Positions 1 to 19,321 of a DNA stretch of 64,000 nt are shown here, one piece after another. The stretch is from positions 62,001 through 126,000 of the forward strand of contig NIVC01000411.1 of NCBI GenBank assembly GCA_002269645.1, in the 5' to 3' direction. The number at the start of each line of letters is the position of its first letter. The first letter of the stretch is position 1. Below the pieces are notes generated by a model, which worked only from the letters and a program-made list of their open reading frames with translations, had not been told where the DNA came from and ran no database searches. This DNA is from Macrostomum lignano (taxonomy: Eukaryota). The translations under genes and the position numbers were made by a program.

Positions 1-3000
1 TTCTTGTCTAAAAGAAGGTTGATAATATCGCTGCGGCAAAACTCGATGGCATGGTGCAGCAAGTGTGCGCTGCCTTCGCGTCTGTCAACAGGGAGGCCTT
101 CAGCAAACAAACGCTTTAAAACTTTTATGTTCATATTTTTCAGATTTTGCGAGAATATGCCGATATTTCCAGGCAACTGCTTAAGATTGGCGTTTATAGT
201 TGGGTGTTCAGACTTGAGCAGCCGAACGATTGCACTCCTGCCTTCGTAGTACGCCTTGCAAAGAACGGACATTCCATCTTTATTCACGGCATTCAGATCC
301 GCACCGTTTCGGATCAGGACGGTGCAGGTTTCAATTGAGTCCTTTGCAATAGCATGGAAAATTGGAGTTTCTCCTTTGTCATCAATAGCGTCGACATTCG
401 CATGGTGCTGCAGCAGCAAAGTAACCAAGTCGTCCTTCCCAGAGCGGCAGGTGATGTGCAGTGGCGTCTCCGAGCGATCGTTTGTTGCATCAACTTCCAT
501 GTGGTGTTCAGTGATCAATTTTTGTATCACTTCTTTCGACCCACCCTCACAGGCAAAGTGCAAAAGCGTATTGTCATTTGAATATCGTTTTGTTGTCTCA
601 TCGGAAGACAAAGGAAACATCATTGAAAATATTTTTTCATCTCCTCTCAGACACGCCAGTGACACAGCGGAATGTCCCTGCGAGTTCGTGTGCCTTCTGT
701 CAAGTTCGGACTCAAGTAGCAGATTGATGAGATCAGGGTCACTTTTCGGCACTGCCAGTGTCAGACACGAATCACCATTCTGCGTGAGAGTGTCCAAACC
801 TACTCCTTTCTCCATGAGCTTCTTCAGACTGAGCAGCTTGTTGAATTTGCATGCTACATGAGCTGAACTAAGACCATCTGCAGCTTTTTTTAACACATCG
901 GATCCGCTATTGATCAGTAAGGCTGCCACTTTCTGCTTGTCTTTGACTGACTTCTCGAGAGCCAGTAGCAACGAAGTTCTGCCATCGTCCATCACATGTT
1001 CAACGTCACTGCCACTGTCAATTAGTAATTCCACTATTTTCACGTGGTCAGAGAGAATTGCATGATCAAGGGCTGTTTTCCCTGACTCATCACTCATTGA
1101 TAACAACTCTTTCTTCTTTTCGAGTAGAAACTGGGCGACCTTTATAAAACCGCCTCCGGCTGCGATCATTAGTGGAGTTACACCGCTCGTATCTTTCGAG
1201 TCGATCGGCACGCCCAAGTTGACAATCCGCCTGACCACGGGCAAACTGCCGCCTTCACAGGCGGCGTGGATCAGCTGGCGGCCGTTTCTAACCACTGAGT
1301 TTTTAGCGCAGTCTTTCGATAGAAGAAAATTAACAGCTTCCAGGTTTTTCTCTTTGCACGCCAGCATCAAGGGTGTGACGCCATTCTTGTCTTCCTGATC
1401 TAAATAACACGATTTCATGCTCAGGTACCTCAGCATATCAGCGTGATTTCCCTTCACAGCGAGATAGGCGGAGTTCTCACCATTTTTATTTCTCAGATGA
1501 ATGTCAGCACCAAAGTCGAGCAGCTTCTCCGCCACAGACTTGTGTCCCTTGCCAGCAGCCAGCATGAACGGTGTGTTGCCATTCTTGTCTGCCAAATCGC
1601 AGTTCGCCTTTATCTCGTTTTTCAGAAATTCAATTATCTCTAACCGGCCAGAGAGAGCAGCAAAATGGACCGCTGTTTTCCCATTTATGTCTGTTGAATT
1701 GACGTTTGACTGCGATGCTGAAGTACTTATAACCTTCATTACCTCAAGGTGATTTCCTTTTGCAGCTTGCATTGTGGTCGTCTCACCAGTCTTTGTAATA
1801 TTCCCGAGGTTACCTCCGACAGAGATCAGATAGTTCAAGGCCTCCACGCTGCCTTGCTCTACTGCAATGCTTGTAGCGGTTTTACCTTTATTGTTTTTTG
1901 TCTCCACGTTGCACTTGAGCTCAATGAACTGCTTCATCAGATCTAAATTTGTTGGTTGAATTGTTGCAATAATAAGAGGCGTATTTCCTTTGTTATCTTG
2001 TTCGTCAAGGGGTGCTGATGCTCGACGAATGACATCAAGCAATTCAGTGTCGCTTTTTGAGGCAGCGAGGTGGGCCAAGCCCATGCCATTATCATCTGAA
2101 GTTGTTACGCTGCAGCCTTCTTTGTACAAGAATTCAACTAGCGGGGTCTTGCCCCGCAACGCTGCAGCTAGAATGGCTGTGTCTCCAGACACCGCGGGAA
2201 CATCCAGCTGGGCTCCGTGCTCCTTTAGTCGTTTCACAGATATTAGATCACCCATCGCACTCGCTCTTAGGACTGGAGTTATACCTTTCTTATTCATGAC
2301 TTTAACGTTGCATCCGTTGTCAAGCAGATAGTTGACAACTTCCGGTGAAGATGTTTGACAGGCTGTCAACAGAGGTGTCTCTCCGTCTTTTTCGTTCACG
2401 TGATCCAGAGGCAAGCCTAACTTGTGGAGCTTCTTAAGAATTTCGAATCGCTTGAATGAAGTAGAAAGGATCACCAGATCGTGTCCATCTTTGTCGAAGA
2501 CTCTGGGGTTTGCATTCTTTTCAATTAACAAGTCGAATATTTCTTGACTTCCTGACAGAATGCTGTGAGCAAGAGGGCAAGTTTCATTTGCATCTCTCTT
2601 GTTCACATCCGCTCCGGCCTCAATCAAAAGATTTGAAATACACAAATTGCTTGTCTGAATCGCAAAAAACAAAGGGGTTCTACCGTTTTTGTTAACGCGG
2701 TTTACGTCACAACCTTTATCCAAAAGTAGCTTCACAATCTTCTCGAACCCATTCTGTGCTGCGCAGAACAAAGGAGAACTATTTGAATTATCTGGTAGAT
2801 CCAGATTTGCTCCATATTTATCAACGAGTTCCAAAATTTCCATTGAGCCACTGAGCGCCGCTGCGAATGCGATGGTTCGACCATCCTTGTACTGCTGATC
2901 GGCCGAACACTTGTTTTCCTTCTTACGGAAATTCTTCAGCCAAAAGTCTATCATTTGCGTTTTTCCTTTCGAGACCAGGCGCAGAATGGTTTTATCGTGA

Positions 3001-3620
3001 ACTTTCGAATCATACTGGACGGCTTTCTGCTTTGCCTCTAGCAACTCGAGAATCTCTAAGTCCTCAAGCATTAAGGCTATATCAGCTGCAGTCAGACTTT
3101 GTTTATTCTTCTTTTTTAGGTCTGTGCCTCTTTCAACAAGAATGCGGATGAGCAATCGATGCGTTCTCATGACAGCAATCATTAGCGGAGTGTTTCCAAC
3201 ACGGTCCACTGCATTGACATCGGCACCCCTGGACAGCAGCAAATTTGCAATGTCTGCTTTGTCTTCTTGCGCCGCCAAATGTAGCGGTGTCGCCTTCTTT
3301 GGACCAGTGCTATTCACGTTGACGCCTGTCTGAAGAATATGGCTGCAGAAGTTAAAGTCTCCCATTTTGACGGAAGAAAACAGGGCCTTCACTTCTGCCT
3401 CCATTTGGTCATCGCCGTCTTCATCGCTTTCACTGCTGGACGACTCGCTGCTGGTTTCTTTTTCTTCTTTTTCTTTCTTTTGCAGCTGCTTCAGGTGTTT
3501 TTTCAACTCCATTTGTTGCCTTTTAAGGTGCTTTTTGAGTTGGCGAAAATCTCGCGGAACCTCCGCATTTGTGAGCATTTCCTGCAGCTCTGGATGCAGA
3601 TCGCGTAGTAGCTTTTCCAT
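1..3620 (-). CDS. Large ankyrin-repeat protein, one uninterrupted exon of about 1206 codons, 3' end beyond the window edge
   Basis: Hand translation from ATG at 3620 (MEKLLRDLHPELQEML...) stays open to base 1. A short coiled-coil/acidic N-terminus is followed by serial ANK motifs (ATPLHLAAQEDKADIANLLLSRGADVNAVD, GNTPFMLAAGKGHKSVAEKLLDFGADIHL, ETPLHITCRSGKDDLVTLLLQHHANVDAID). Roughly 30+ repeats by length. It is missing from the ORF track, presumably because there is no stop in the window. A polypyrimidine+CAG acceptor at 3679-3700 is in an open frame, so an upstream exon is possible. Confidence 0.9.
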   Translation of the reverse strand, partial: MEKLLRDLHPELQEMLTNAEVPRDFRQLKKHLKRQQMELKKHLKQLQKKEKEEKETSSESSSSESDEDGDDQMEAEVKALFSSVKMGDFNFCSHILQTGVNVNSTGPKKATPLHLAAQEDKADIANLLLSRGADVNAVDRVGNTPLMIAVMRTHRLLIRILVERGTDLKKKNKQSLTAADIALMLEDLEILELLEAKQKAVQYDSKVHDKTILRLVSKGKTQMIDFWLKNFRKKENKCSADQQYKDGRTIAFAAALSGSMEILELVDKYGANLDLPDNSNSSPLFCAAQNGFEKIVKLLLDKGCDVNRVNKNGRTPLFFAIQTSNLCISNLLIEAGADVNKRDANETCPLAHSILSGSQEIFDLLIEKNANPRVFDKDGHDLVILSTSFKRFEILKKLHKLGLPLDHVNEKDGETPLLTACQTSSPEVVNYLLDNGCNVKVMNKKGITPVLRASAMGDLISVKRLKEHGAQLDVPAVSGDTAILAAALRGKTPLVEFLYKEGCSVTTSDDNGMGLAHLAASKSDTELLDVIRRASAPLDEQDNKGNTPLIIATIQPTNLDLMKQFIELKCNVETKNNKGKTATSIAVEQGSVEALNYLISVGGNLGNITKTGETTTMQAAKGNHLEVMKVISTSASQSNVNSTDINGKTAVHFAALSGRLEIIEFLKNEIKANCDLADKNGNTPFMLAAGKGHKSVAEKLLDFGADIHLRNKNGENSAYLAVKGNHADMLRYLSMKSCYLDQEDKNGVTPLMLACKEKNLEAVNFLLSKDCAKNSVVRNGRQLIHAACEGGSLPVVRRIVNLGVPIDSKDTSGVTPLMIAAGGGFIKVAQFLLEKKKELLSMSDESGKTALDHAILSDHVKIVELLIDSGSDVEHVMDDGRTSLLLALEKSVKDKQKVAALLINSGSDVLKKAADGLSSAHVACKFNKLLSLKKLMEKGVGLDTLTQNGDSCLTLAVPKSDPDLINLLLESELDRRHTNSQGHSAVSLACLRGDEKIFSMMFPLSSDETTKRYSNDNTLLHFACEGGSKEVIQKLITEHHMEVDATNDRSETPLHITCRSGKDDLVTLLLQHHANVDAIDDKGETPIFHAIAKDSIETCTVLIRNGADLNAVNKDGMSVLCKAYYEGRSAIVRLLKSEHPTINANLKQLPGNIGIFSQNLKNMNIKVLKRLFAEGLPVDRREGSAHLLHHAIEFCRSDIINLLLDK

Positions 3621-3819
3621 TGTTACTCTTATGCCTGCATTTATTGATAGACAGGGCCTTGCAGAATCTTGCACGAATCTGAAAAATGGAAGAGAAAATT
3701 CATCAGACATTCATCTGCATTTACTTCGATGCCCAACTAGTTATACGTGTACATTACGTTTGCACTTTTGAATTTGAATTTGAATTCGAGTCATGCATCA
3801 GATAAGCATACACATTCTA

Positions 3820-4072
3820 GTACACTAAACAGTTGAAGGTAACTCTACAAGTAAAACAAATTAAGGTATAGAGCACATAGGGTTTTGTAATATAGGCGAA
3901 TGTATACTGGCGCACTTTAGACTCGTTAACACCGAAATCAAAATAAGCCTATTTCGTGTAATCACACAACTTGTACATCTAATTTAATTTCTTTGTACAT
4001 TAGTTGTGTTATGTATGTGTTATTTGATTGCAGTGTCAATGACTGACTGACTGACAGACTGACAGACTGACA

Positions 4073-4123
<51 letters not shown>

Positions 4124-4144
4124 TGACTGACTGACTGACTGACT
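3820..4144 (+). mobile_element. Core + (GACT/GACA)n interspersed repeat, family A copy 1 (holds the empty piggyBac site)
   Basis: About 220 bp starting GTACACTAAACAG matches 4994-5038 plus 7762-7940. Imperfect hairpin at 3964-4009. Tetranucleotide tract at 4040-4144. Confidence 0.75.
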
Positions 4145-4798
4145 TAATAATAGCCAAACAAAAGACAAGTGCGCTTGTACCCAGGTAAATTTTCATTTAC
4201 TTACATTAATGATCAGATCCTGTCTTCTTATGCGTGCTTACCGTTGAAAGTTGAACTAATCTGTTTTAGCGCTGTTGATACTCAGAGCCGTACAGCAGGG
4301 CATTCTGAATTTATAATTTCGTATGCACCGGCAACGGAGTTGGTGCGGAAGTTCCTTTTTTATTGCGTACTAGAATTCTCGGGTACGTACGACCGTACAC
4401 ACATGTCAATCTGAACACTGTACACTCAAGCCCAGAAAAGCCTCCCCAATGGGGGGGCGGCAAGCACAGACCAATGAATGCAGCTAAACTTATTGGCAAC
4501 GTAGTATTTGCTGAAGTTCCCTTTTCGTTTGAGTACTATAATTCTCGGGTACGTACAGAACTATCCGGTGTGAACAATATGAACAATGTACATGTAAATT
4601 TAAGCCCATAAAATCTCCCCAATGAGACGGCAAGTACAGACCAATGGTTGACTTTGGCAAATACCGCGAGATTGAAGTGAGAAGAAGGATAAGAAATCAA
4701 TCGATTTAATTTAAGCGTACAATTAAGTAACAATATAATATGGGATAGGGGCAAAGATAAGAACAATAAGCGTACCCAAATTTATGGTCTGATGTACA

Positions 4799-4993
4799 AA
4801 GGGGATGTCAACTTAGAACTAAAGCACCAGAATGGAGCCCGAAGTTCTGCTCCGGACCAAACCGACTGAAATCGATAACTTGTCGGCCCAGACGATTAGA
4901 ATCGCCGAGACATCCCATCCCAGGCTCTTCCTTGGGGTCCCAGGGGATAAAGGGATAAAATGGGGATTTTGTGTCAACTTAAGGCTCTGGAAT
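4799..4993. mobile_element. Truncated fragment related to the TIR element at 10374-11446
   Basis: AAAGGGGATGTCAACTTAG...AATGGAGCCCGAA resembles the TIR at 10374. GGGGATTTTGTGTCAACTTAAGGCTCTGGAATG resembles the reverse complement of about 11266-11298. Confidence 0.45.
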
Positions 4994-5342
4994 GTACACT
5001 AAACAGTTGAAGGTAACTCTACAAGTAAAACAAATTAACAGTAGAAAGACCACGCTATTTTTCCCCATGGGGAAAGAACATGGGGGTGTATTACAAATAC
5101 ACACAACCAATTTCACCATAGCTCGCAAACCGAATAACCGATTTTCGTAAAAGTCCAACATTCGAATCAAAATTTCCCCCTCTTTCCAACGAATTAACTT
5201 TTAAAGTCATCCGACGTCAGCATCGTCGAGATATTCAACGATTCTTGTCGAAGACACTGGTGGCAAGGACAACCAACACTATACTGTATAAACCTTTATG
5301 GTGAATCCATATTGGCTCAATAAGCTGGGTCCATCTGTCGGA

Positions 5343-7505
5343 GAGGCCTTTCTTCTCAGCATCCCAGGAACTAGGGTCCCCTTCATCACCGTCTGGAGCA
5401 TCGGCAGCGACCGTCAGGACCTTCAACAAAAGAACCCGATCGGCATCGCAGAGACGGCTGCGTTCCCAAAACTGAAATGGAAGAATCCTCTTCTGCATGC
5501 AGCATTCAGTCAGTATACATAATCGGTGAATGAAATGGACGACGGCGACCCTCTAGGTTGACCTGTAGACATACAAGCGACCTTCGGGACCTTCAACGGA
5601 GTGCCACCACGCGGCCCCGACTAGCTGGCACCCCAACATCGTGAATTTTCTATCAAGGCACCAAACCAGGCATGTCTGCATATTATACAATGGTCCTGCA
5701 CCATTTTCAGCATTCAGCTCTGTCTGGACGACCTTCGGGACCTTCAACGGAGTGCCACCACGCGGCCCGACTAGCTGGCACCCCCAACATCGTGAATTTT
5801 CTATCAAGGCACCAAACCAGGCATGTCTGCATATTATACAATGGTCCTGCACCATGTTCAGCATTCAGCTCTGTCTGGACGACCTTCGGGACCTTCAACG
5901 GAGTGCCACCACGCGGCCCCGACTAGCTGGCACCCCCAACATCGTGAATTTTCTATCAAGGCACCAAACCAGGCATGTCTGCATATTATACAATGCTTTT
6001 TCACCGTGTTAAATTGGAGAGTTACAGATTTAACTGGCGACTGAATAATATAAAATATATTTAATTTGTCAAAAATGATATTACAGCATGTCAAAAATGA
6101 TATTCCTGCAAATTCAAAGCAGAAGGATCTGAACACCGACACATAGACACAAAGGCTGAGTCAATTGTCACTATTTAATTTGGTGCACAACGTGGACAGT
6201 AATGGTGACTCACTGTCTCTTCCATTGCAGTGTGTCTTCGGCAAATTCCTTCGTCACACATGCAACACTTCCTTGTTGTTGCACTCAAGGCACGCTTCTC
6301 ATCCTTTGACTTTTGTCTCGCGCATGTTGCACAGCGCTTTCTGCCACCAACTGACACCACAGCCGCCGCTTCGCGTGCCTGTTCCTTCATTTTCTCGTCG
6401 TTGATTCGACAACCTGCGAGCTGGAACATCAGCCTGTGATGATTGGACAGATTTTGAAGAAGAGCGGCCGATTCGAGCGCTCCTCGATCAGAGGTTGCAG
6501 AAGTTGCGCAGCTGCCTTGCGCTGGAACTCGTTGCGATAGTTCGGCGAGGCGCAGAGCTCCGGGTGCGCCAGTCTCCAGATAGCAGCGGCATTCACAGCT
6601 GCTATGTTGAGTATGCCGCCGAAGATTGCCTTCTCACATGAGTCGGACTTTCGCTTGCAGTCGGATGTGCGGAACATCCTGTTGCAGGTGTCCGTGCCAC
6701 TCTTGGTAGAATTGTAGTACGAGCCTATTGCTACAGGCTTGCCATTGGGAAGCAATTGTCTGTCGTGATGCATGGTGGACAGCAACATCACGTTTCGGCC
6801 CGCTTTGGGCCAGTTAAATCTGTAACTATCCAATTTAACACGGTGCAAAAGCATTGTATAATATGCAAACATGCCTGGTTTGGTGCCTTGATAGAAAATT
6901 CACGATGTTGGGGGTGCCAGCTAGTCGGGGCCGCGTGGTGGCACTCCGTTGAAGGTCCCGAAGGTCGTCCAGACAGAGCTGAATGCTGAACATGGTGCAG
7001 GACCATTGTATAATATGCAGACATGCCTGGTTTGGTGCCTTGATAGAAAATTCACGATGTTGGGGGTGCCAGCTAGTCGGGGCCGCGTGGTGGCACTCCG
7101 TTGAAGGTCCCGAAGGTCGTCCAGACAGAGCTGAATGCTGAACATGGTGCAGGACCATTGTATAATATGCAGACATGCCTGGTTTGGTGCCTTGATAGAA
7201 AATTCACGATGTTGGGGGTGCCAGCTAGTCGGGGCCGCGTGGTGGCACTCCGTTGAAGGTCCCGAAGGTCGCTTGTATGTCTACAGGTCAACCTAGAGGG
7301 TCGCCGTCGTCCATTTCATTCACCGATTATGTACACTGACTGAATGCTGCATGCAGAAGAGGATTCTTCCATTTCAGTTTTGGGAACGCAGCCGTCTCTG
7401 CGATGCCGATCGGGTTCTTTTGTTGAAGGTCCCGACGGTCGCTGCCGATGCTCCAGACGGTGATGAAGGGGACCCTAGTTCCTGGGATGCTGAGAAAAAA
7501 GGCCT
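5343..7505. repeat. About 695-bp inverted arms (5343-6038 and 6809-7505), each with about 2.7 copies of a 151-bp tandem unit
   Basis: The left arm is the near-identical reverse complement of the right arm. The unit start CCTTCGGGAC recurs at 5581, 5732 and 5883. Confidence 0.9.
6175..6872 (-). pseudogene. piggyBac transposase C-terminal remnant (end of DDD domain + Cys-rich domain), frameshifted
   Basis: NVMLLSTMH...KP..I..YYNSTKSGTD..N...CKRKS...AIFGGILNIAAVNA is the typical piggyBac region around the third catalytic Asp. RKRCATC...TRKCCMCDEGICRRH is the Cys-rich domain, in a different frame. The N-terminal catalytic region is absent. Confidence 0.85.
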
Positions 7506-7940
7506 TTACGACTGATATGCATAGTTTCCTGAGCCGACGTGGTTTCATGATGAAATTTTGTGAACAGAAAAAATTTGCCAATGTTGGTGGTTTTTGCCAC
7601 CGGACACCCCGAGGAGAATCGTTGAATATCTCGACGATGCCGATTTTTCTGGATTTTTAGCCCGTGTTCTGGATTTTGATGGCAATTGGTTGAATATTTT
7701 CGGAGATCCAGACAAAAAAAATGTGTGTATTTGAAATACACCCCCCATGGTCTTTCGACTGTTAAGGTATAGAGCACATAGGGTTTTGTAATATAGGCGT
7801 ATGTATACTGGCGCACGTCTCGTAGACTCGCTAACACCGAAATCAAAATAAGCCTATTTCATGTAATCACACAACTTGTACACCTAATTTAATTTCTTTG
7901 TACATTAGTTGTGTTACGTGTTATTGGATTGCAGTGTCAA

Positions 7941-8660
7941 TGACCGACTGACTGACTGACTGACTGACTGACTGACTGACTGACTGACTGACTGACTGAC
8001 TGACTGACTGACTGACTGACTGACTGACTGACTGACTGACTGACTGACTGACTGACTGACTGACTGACTGACTGACTGACTGACTGACTGACTGACTGAC
8101 TGACTGACTGACTGACTGACTGACTGACTGACTGACTGACTGACTGACTGACTGACTGACTGACTGACTGACTGACTGACTGACTGACTGACTGACTGAC
8201 TGACTGACTGACTGACTGACTGACTGACTGACTGACTGACTGACTGACTGACTGACTGACTGACTGACTGACTGACTGACTGACTGACTGACTGACTGAC
8301 TGACTGACTGACTGACTGACTGACTGACTGACTGACTGACTGACTGACTGACTGACTGACTGACTGACTGACTGACTGACTGACTGACTGACTGACTGAC
8401 TGACTGACTGACTGACTGACTGACTGACTGACTGACTGACTGACTGACTGACTGACTGACTGACTGACTGACTGACTGACTGACTGACTGACTGACTGAC
8501 TGACTGACTGACTGACTGACTGACTGACTGACTGACTGACTGACTGACTGACTGACTGACTGACTGACTGACTGACTGACTGACTGACTGACTGACTGAC
8601 TGACTGACTGACTGACTGACTGACTGACTGACTGACTGACTGACTGACTGACTGACTGAC
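7941..8660. repeat. (GACT)n microsatellite, about 180 units
   Basis: Seen directly in the sequence. Confidence 0.98.
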
Positions 8661-9963
8661 GCACCTGAATCTGGCGACCAACCCCGCGGGCGAGCGAGAG
8701 GTGCGCGTGCGAATTGACTAGTTCAAGAATACAATGAAAAGACTCGAGTTCGGACCTCTCCAACTCGGGAAAAACAATCAAGCCTGAGTAAACTAACAAC
8801 CCCTGTTGCTGTAAACCCCTGCCGTTGCAATGCCACGTGCAATCCACCCCAAGAGCATCAGGGGGACGAGAATGATTAAACATTATACTCGTAAATACGG
8901 CTATAACTCGGCGCTTAGAGAGAGACGCGTCAGGAACTCACGAAATTATTTTACAACTTTCTTAAGTTGTTTATTCAGCACCTACATGTATATACCGAGA
9001 GCGATAGTAAGCCCTCGAAAAATAATAGCGTAACACGCTCCTAGACAACCGCTAGACTCAGGATGAAGTAACGAGGAAGCTTAAAATTCTGATTGATTTT
9101 GATAGATCGTAGACAATGCAGCTGTTGTCTAATTTGATGATTCTGTGGTTTGCATTCTGTGGTTGCGAGACTAAATTACTTACTCCAGGTTCTGGTTTAA
9201 GACCCCTTGATCTCCAGAGGACAGGAATTTAGATCAAGGATGAATCAGAAGCTCAGCTATCATGTGTTGTATGAAAGCAAAAATTCAAACTACAGCCAGC
9301 TTATTTGGGCTCGAGGAAGAGTTGTTACTCCAGCTCCAGGTTCCGGTGTTCTAGGTCTCCTTGGCTCAAGGAGGCTTCAAAGCAGAACCTGGAGTACAAT
9401 GGCTTTTCTTCTCTCCTCTCTCCTCTGGCCCGCAGTCATGCGCTAGATTATGTATATGGCCCTGGAGGTAAAGAAAGTTTTCGACCCCTGCTTTAATAAT
9501 AAAAATTACTCAATCAAACATGAAATCGAGTAATATTCATAACGAAGACAGTCATTGGCCTGCAAATGTGATTTTTTCAAGATTATGTAAGATAGTAACG
9601 TCAGGTGGAATAAAATTCATAATATATTTCTTGACACGAGTAGCCTAGTGAAGTTTTTACAAACTTTATTTTGAAATCAAGACGTACTCAAACAAAAAGT
9701 CAGTTGTACTGATCAGACAGCAACAATTAAAGCAAGTTTAATAATTCGCTACATGGCTAATAAAAAGTTGAAATCAGCATATACGCAGAAATATCTACCA
9801 GCGTAGCTTCATATTAGAAAAGAACACTGCAGACAGGTATAAAAATGCAGCGAATATCAGCATTTCAAGTTTCTTAAGTTTCTCAAGCACAACCTTGCTT
9901 GTGAAGGGTGCCCCGATTTTCCGGCTTAGATAACTTCAATCAGTAAATTATAGCAAAATACAA

Positions 9964-19256
<9,293 letters not shown>

Positions 19257-19321
19257 GCAATAAATTGAGAATTCGAATGAAGCTCCTGTAGCATCCGTGG
19301 TCAGGCCTTGCATCGCAAACA

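Larger units (their letters stand above)
5039..7761 (-). mobile_element. Non-autonomous piggyBac derivative with TTAA TSD and long internal inverted arms
   Basis: TTAA at 5035-5038 and 7762-7765. Termini CAGTAGAAAGACCA and CAGTCGAAAGACCA (reverse complement) match 13/14. Further shared subterminal motifs include CATCGTCGAGATATTCAACGATTC. Contains transposase remnants. Confidence 0.9.
4994..8660 (+). mobile_element. Family A copy 2, interrupted by piggyBac, with a 720-bp (GACT)n tail
   Basis: 4994-5038 and 7762-7940 together reproduce 3820-4040. Near-pure (GACT)n at 7941-8660. Confidence 0.75.

Noticed and set aside
4365-4700. Diverged tandem duplication of about 165 bp (TTCTCGGGTACGTAC ... 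CTCCCCAATG ... CAGACCAATG)
   Set aside because: Only two degenerate copies with no ends, ORF or other structure, so it cannot be interpreted.
7914-8883. Long ORFs such as (SQSV)n; likewise (TDRQ)n/(LSVC)n at 52249-53189 and 61045-61518
   Set aside because: They are translations of tetranucleotide microsatellites that lack stop codons in some frames.
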